NCBI GenBank assembly: GCA_040437565.1
Contig: JBDOQK010000003.1
Coordinates: 868,001-932,000, forward strand
Reading direction: 5' to 3'
Origin: Albugo candida
Taxonomy: Eukaryota
Length of the DNA stretch: 64,000 bases
The notes beneath the pieces were generated by a model. It did not search any database and was not told where the DNA came from. It worked only from the letters and a program-made list of their open reading frames with translations. Of the stretch, positions 61,024 to 64,000 are shown one piece after another. The position numbers and the translations under genes were made by a program. How positions within the stretch are numbered: the first letter of the stretch is position 1; the number at the start of each line of letters is the position of its first letter.

Positions 61024-62077
61024 TGATGGGTCCGGTATCCAGCCCACGATTAGCTCACGCTTATCTTTCATATCTGTCCATAAAAACCGGTAGTGAGAGA
61101 ATTTCAAATAATACACGTTTGATTTGCAGTAATCGGAGTCAAACAACCCCGAAGCCGTCGGTGGTTGAAAAAGAAGACTTGTTCAGTAGTGAACGAGAGA
61201 TCATTCACCCAAGTCGCCAGATCCGAGACACCTTATAAAGGCTGCAAAGTGAAAAAATTGGATTCCACCCTCCGAAATTCTACGTCAAAATGAATCACAC
61301 TCCGTACGTGGCGTGTTACGCCAATACTCAAACACAGTTTCTTGGAAATTTGTCGCCTGTTGTGATGGGACAGAATCGTGCAAGGAAAAAAAGGTATTCA
61401 AGTGCGCAGTTCTTGCTCACTCAAAATGCCTGGAAATCGCTCGGCGCAACTCTTTTCGTCGTTTCGGACATGGTGGCTGGACGATTTGTAGCAATTGATC
61501 ATCGAATGAGAAGTGATGGTCAGGAAGTTCTTAGGATTGCAAGGGTTAGTATGATGTCTCACTGAAACGCGTGTTTGAAAAAAACGGAGAATGCGCTGGG
61601 GAGCACTCTGAAAGAGACTTTCGATCGGAGACTTACAAGAAGCTGAGGCTTCACCGAGCGAATGTTACTAAGATGGTGCCCACTCCTTTACGGATATGAT
61701 ATTCTTTCATCAAAACTTCGAGGAAACGGACGATGGCTCGTATAATGAACAAGATTCTCTAGTATTGTGGAAATGTGAAATTGCGTCAGAAGCCGAGGCA
61801 AGACTGGGCTTTTGATAGTGTGATTACTCGTCAGACTTGATATAACTCGCAGATTGATAAATCGAATGCGACGCATTATGGGGCCAGTTTTTCTTACATA
61901 TATTTAAATGATGTGAAGTCGTGAAGATGTAAACGTGATGGACCGAATATTCGGCAGACTCTCGTCGTGGTGTTCTAAAGCGTTCTCAGCCTCTCATTTG
62001 AAAAAGAAGAATCATATATTTGAATCAGTTTCTATCATTTGTGAATTTTATCGGTCCTGGACAAGGTCTCCACAGCA

Positions 62078-62805
62078 ATGTACGTTTCCCGCACTCAGTT
62101 CTGCCTGGTTGTTCGTGCATTATGCTATATTGTACTGTCATCTGCGAATTCTGAATGCCCAATTCCTGAAGGGGGTTACGTTTGTAAAGTTAATCCTTTC
62201 GAAAATCAAGACAGTACTTCAACGATATGGTTGGGAATGGCAGGAATGTATGGTGTGTGCTCTACCGAGAACCATGATGGTAAGGAAATGATAGCTGCTG
62301 CGATTGAATTCAATCTGGATATCGATGGCGACGGCAATCATGTCATACCTTTTCCTACCTATTCAAAAATGACAAAATCCACATCACAAAGGGACTCAGA
62401 GCCCTTTCCCTGAAAGACATAAGCAAACAAAAGCTTGACAAATCGAAACTATATCCAAACGAGGGCGGCAAAAAGTGGGCCTTGGAGATCAGACGCCCCG
62501 AAACGAATACACCTCTTATTAAAAATGATGTGACATCAGTCGACTTTACCTTACTTGATGGTGTCTTTGCAACCCACGTCTATATGAGCGAGACCAAAGA
62601 CCCATTTGAAATTAACTTGAAGTGTGGGGTGACATTTGAGATAAAGCGGGATGAAATACGATTAAGTGAGAATGACGGTGGTTTGACAATTGGGTACTCG
62701 CAATTGATGCGACATGAAGCCCAATTTATCAAAATCGGAGCTGACTTATATATTGATCTGGCAAAGCAAGCATCATCAGTAGAACTCATTTCCCACACTC
62801 AATGA
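62078..62805 (+). pseudogene. Secreted protein gene with a single frameshift
   Basis: Signal-like MYVSRTQFCLVVRALCYIVLSSANS. The frame of ORF 62482..62805 is open back to ~62310 and overlaps ORF 62078..62413, so one frameshift joins them. Confidence 0.55.
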
Positions 62806-64000
62806 TCGTCACAATTTTGTGCACTTTATAGCCAAGCTATGAGACTGATAATCCAAAAACATTTTTGACCTTTGACATGTGCAGCCTTTCATTTTCTATT
62901 ATTTGGTTTAGAGTATTGCTTCCGTATTCCATGTTCAGAGCAGTACATGCTACCTGTCCTGCCTTCTATTATCAGGATGCCAATCTATGTTCATCAAAAT
63001 TTATCCGCTATGCAAAGAAAGAGGTAAGGGCACTGCCCCATAGCATTCTGGATCCTTCTTTATTTGTATTCTTAAATCGTGCAAATGTATTATTGTCAGC
63101 GGCTGGTGAGCATCTATCAAGCACTTCTATAAACAGAAGCCCGATTCAATACAAAGGTCTTCCTTATGGCTTGCATAAGATTCGCATCTGTTGTTTTCTC
63201 TGCGCACCTTCCATTGGGTCATGTTTTGGTCTATTTATCAGCCTAGGTGCCCTGCAATCCGCTAAGATGACTTTGGAATTCTACCGTGCAATACAAACGA
63301 ATAACTTTTTGTTCATCCAAAGACCAAAAAAACAGGATAACATAAGAAGTAGAGTTCACAGGTTGCTTGACATGCAGTATTCAAACCAGAAGCGCTTTTG
63401 GCCCGCAGGTGGCCCAAGGCCTTGAATGTCATGCCGCCGAGTCGGGCAACAAGATTGAGCTGACGTCACAAGATGACGTCATTAGGAACATTATAGAGGG
63501 ACCTAGAATGACAGGCTTAGAGGTAGCACAGGGTAGCGAACTAACGACCTATATTAAGGCAGTTTTAAATTTCTAAGTGAACAATAAGTCTTCACATTGA
63601 ACGTTTCGATACGTTCAGCCAAAAACACAGATGAAACTTGCTTGACGCTCTTCTTTACTTTATTCTTTGCACAGCTCATCTTAGCGGAGGGAGCCCACAA
63701 AAACTGGATGCAAACGGGGCCAATGGCCGCGTCGTCGATGAAGCGAATGCCATGCACGTTCACCAGCTAATAGAGCGATAAGACAATATAGAAACAGCCA
63801 TTTGTTCGGCTACATATGGTGAATACACCTTCCAAAAATTGCCGGAAGAGTCAGTCTCTGTGATTCACCACATTCAAGCCGTTATTCTTCGTGCGACAAG
63901 CCGGACGACGGATGCTCGGCTGTCGACTATGTGGTACAGTAGTATGGTACATCCAAAATGACTTGTTAGCACGCTTGTGCGCTCAAGGAACACCAAGACA

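Overview
Eukaryotic genomic DNA with short GT-AG introns and a compact gene layout. The gene content points to an oomycete, plausibly Albugo-like (inference). It is a draft scaffold with ten 100-N gaps, seven flanked by duplicated sequence that is probably an assembly artefact. The gene-dense housekeeping blocks (1-12 kb and 27-58.5 kb) hold a bacterial-type RecA, an Sfp-type PPTase, tRNA-Arg(ACG), an HSL-type lipase, an RPA34-like protein, a kinesin, a UAA transporter, ATG18, two plasmepsin V-like aspartic proteases, an SPX protein, two MSP proteins, a PX-like/RING protein, GPATCH1, nucleolin, a FAR1-like DNA-binding protein, APC13, SLX9, a BRCT protein and PEX19. The gene-poor blocks (12.4-27 kb and 58.6-64 kb) hold an intact UVSSA among pseudogenes (choline dehydrogenase, disrupted secreted/effector-like genes) and MULE and Ty3/Gypsy remnants. 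The most striking feature is a ~1738-aa protein that fuses a kinesin-4-type motor to a C-terminal MAP65/Ase1/PRC1-like microtubule cross-linker, i.e. the KIF4-PRC1 spindle-midzone partners in one polypeptide. All assignments come from motif recognition by eye; no database searches were run.
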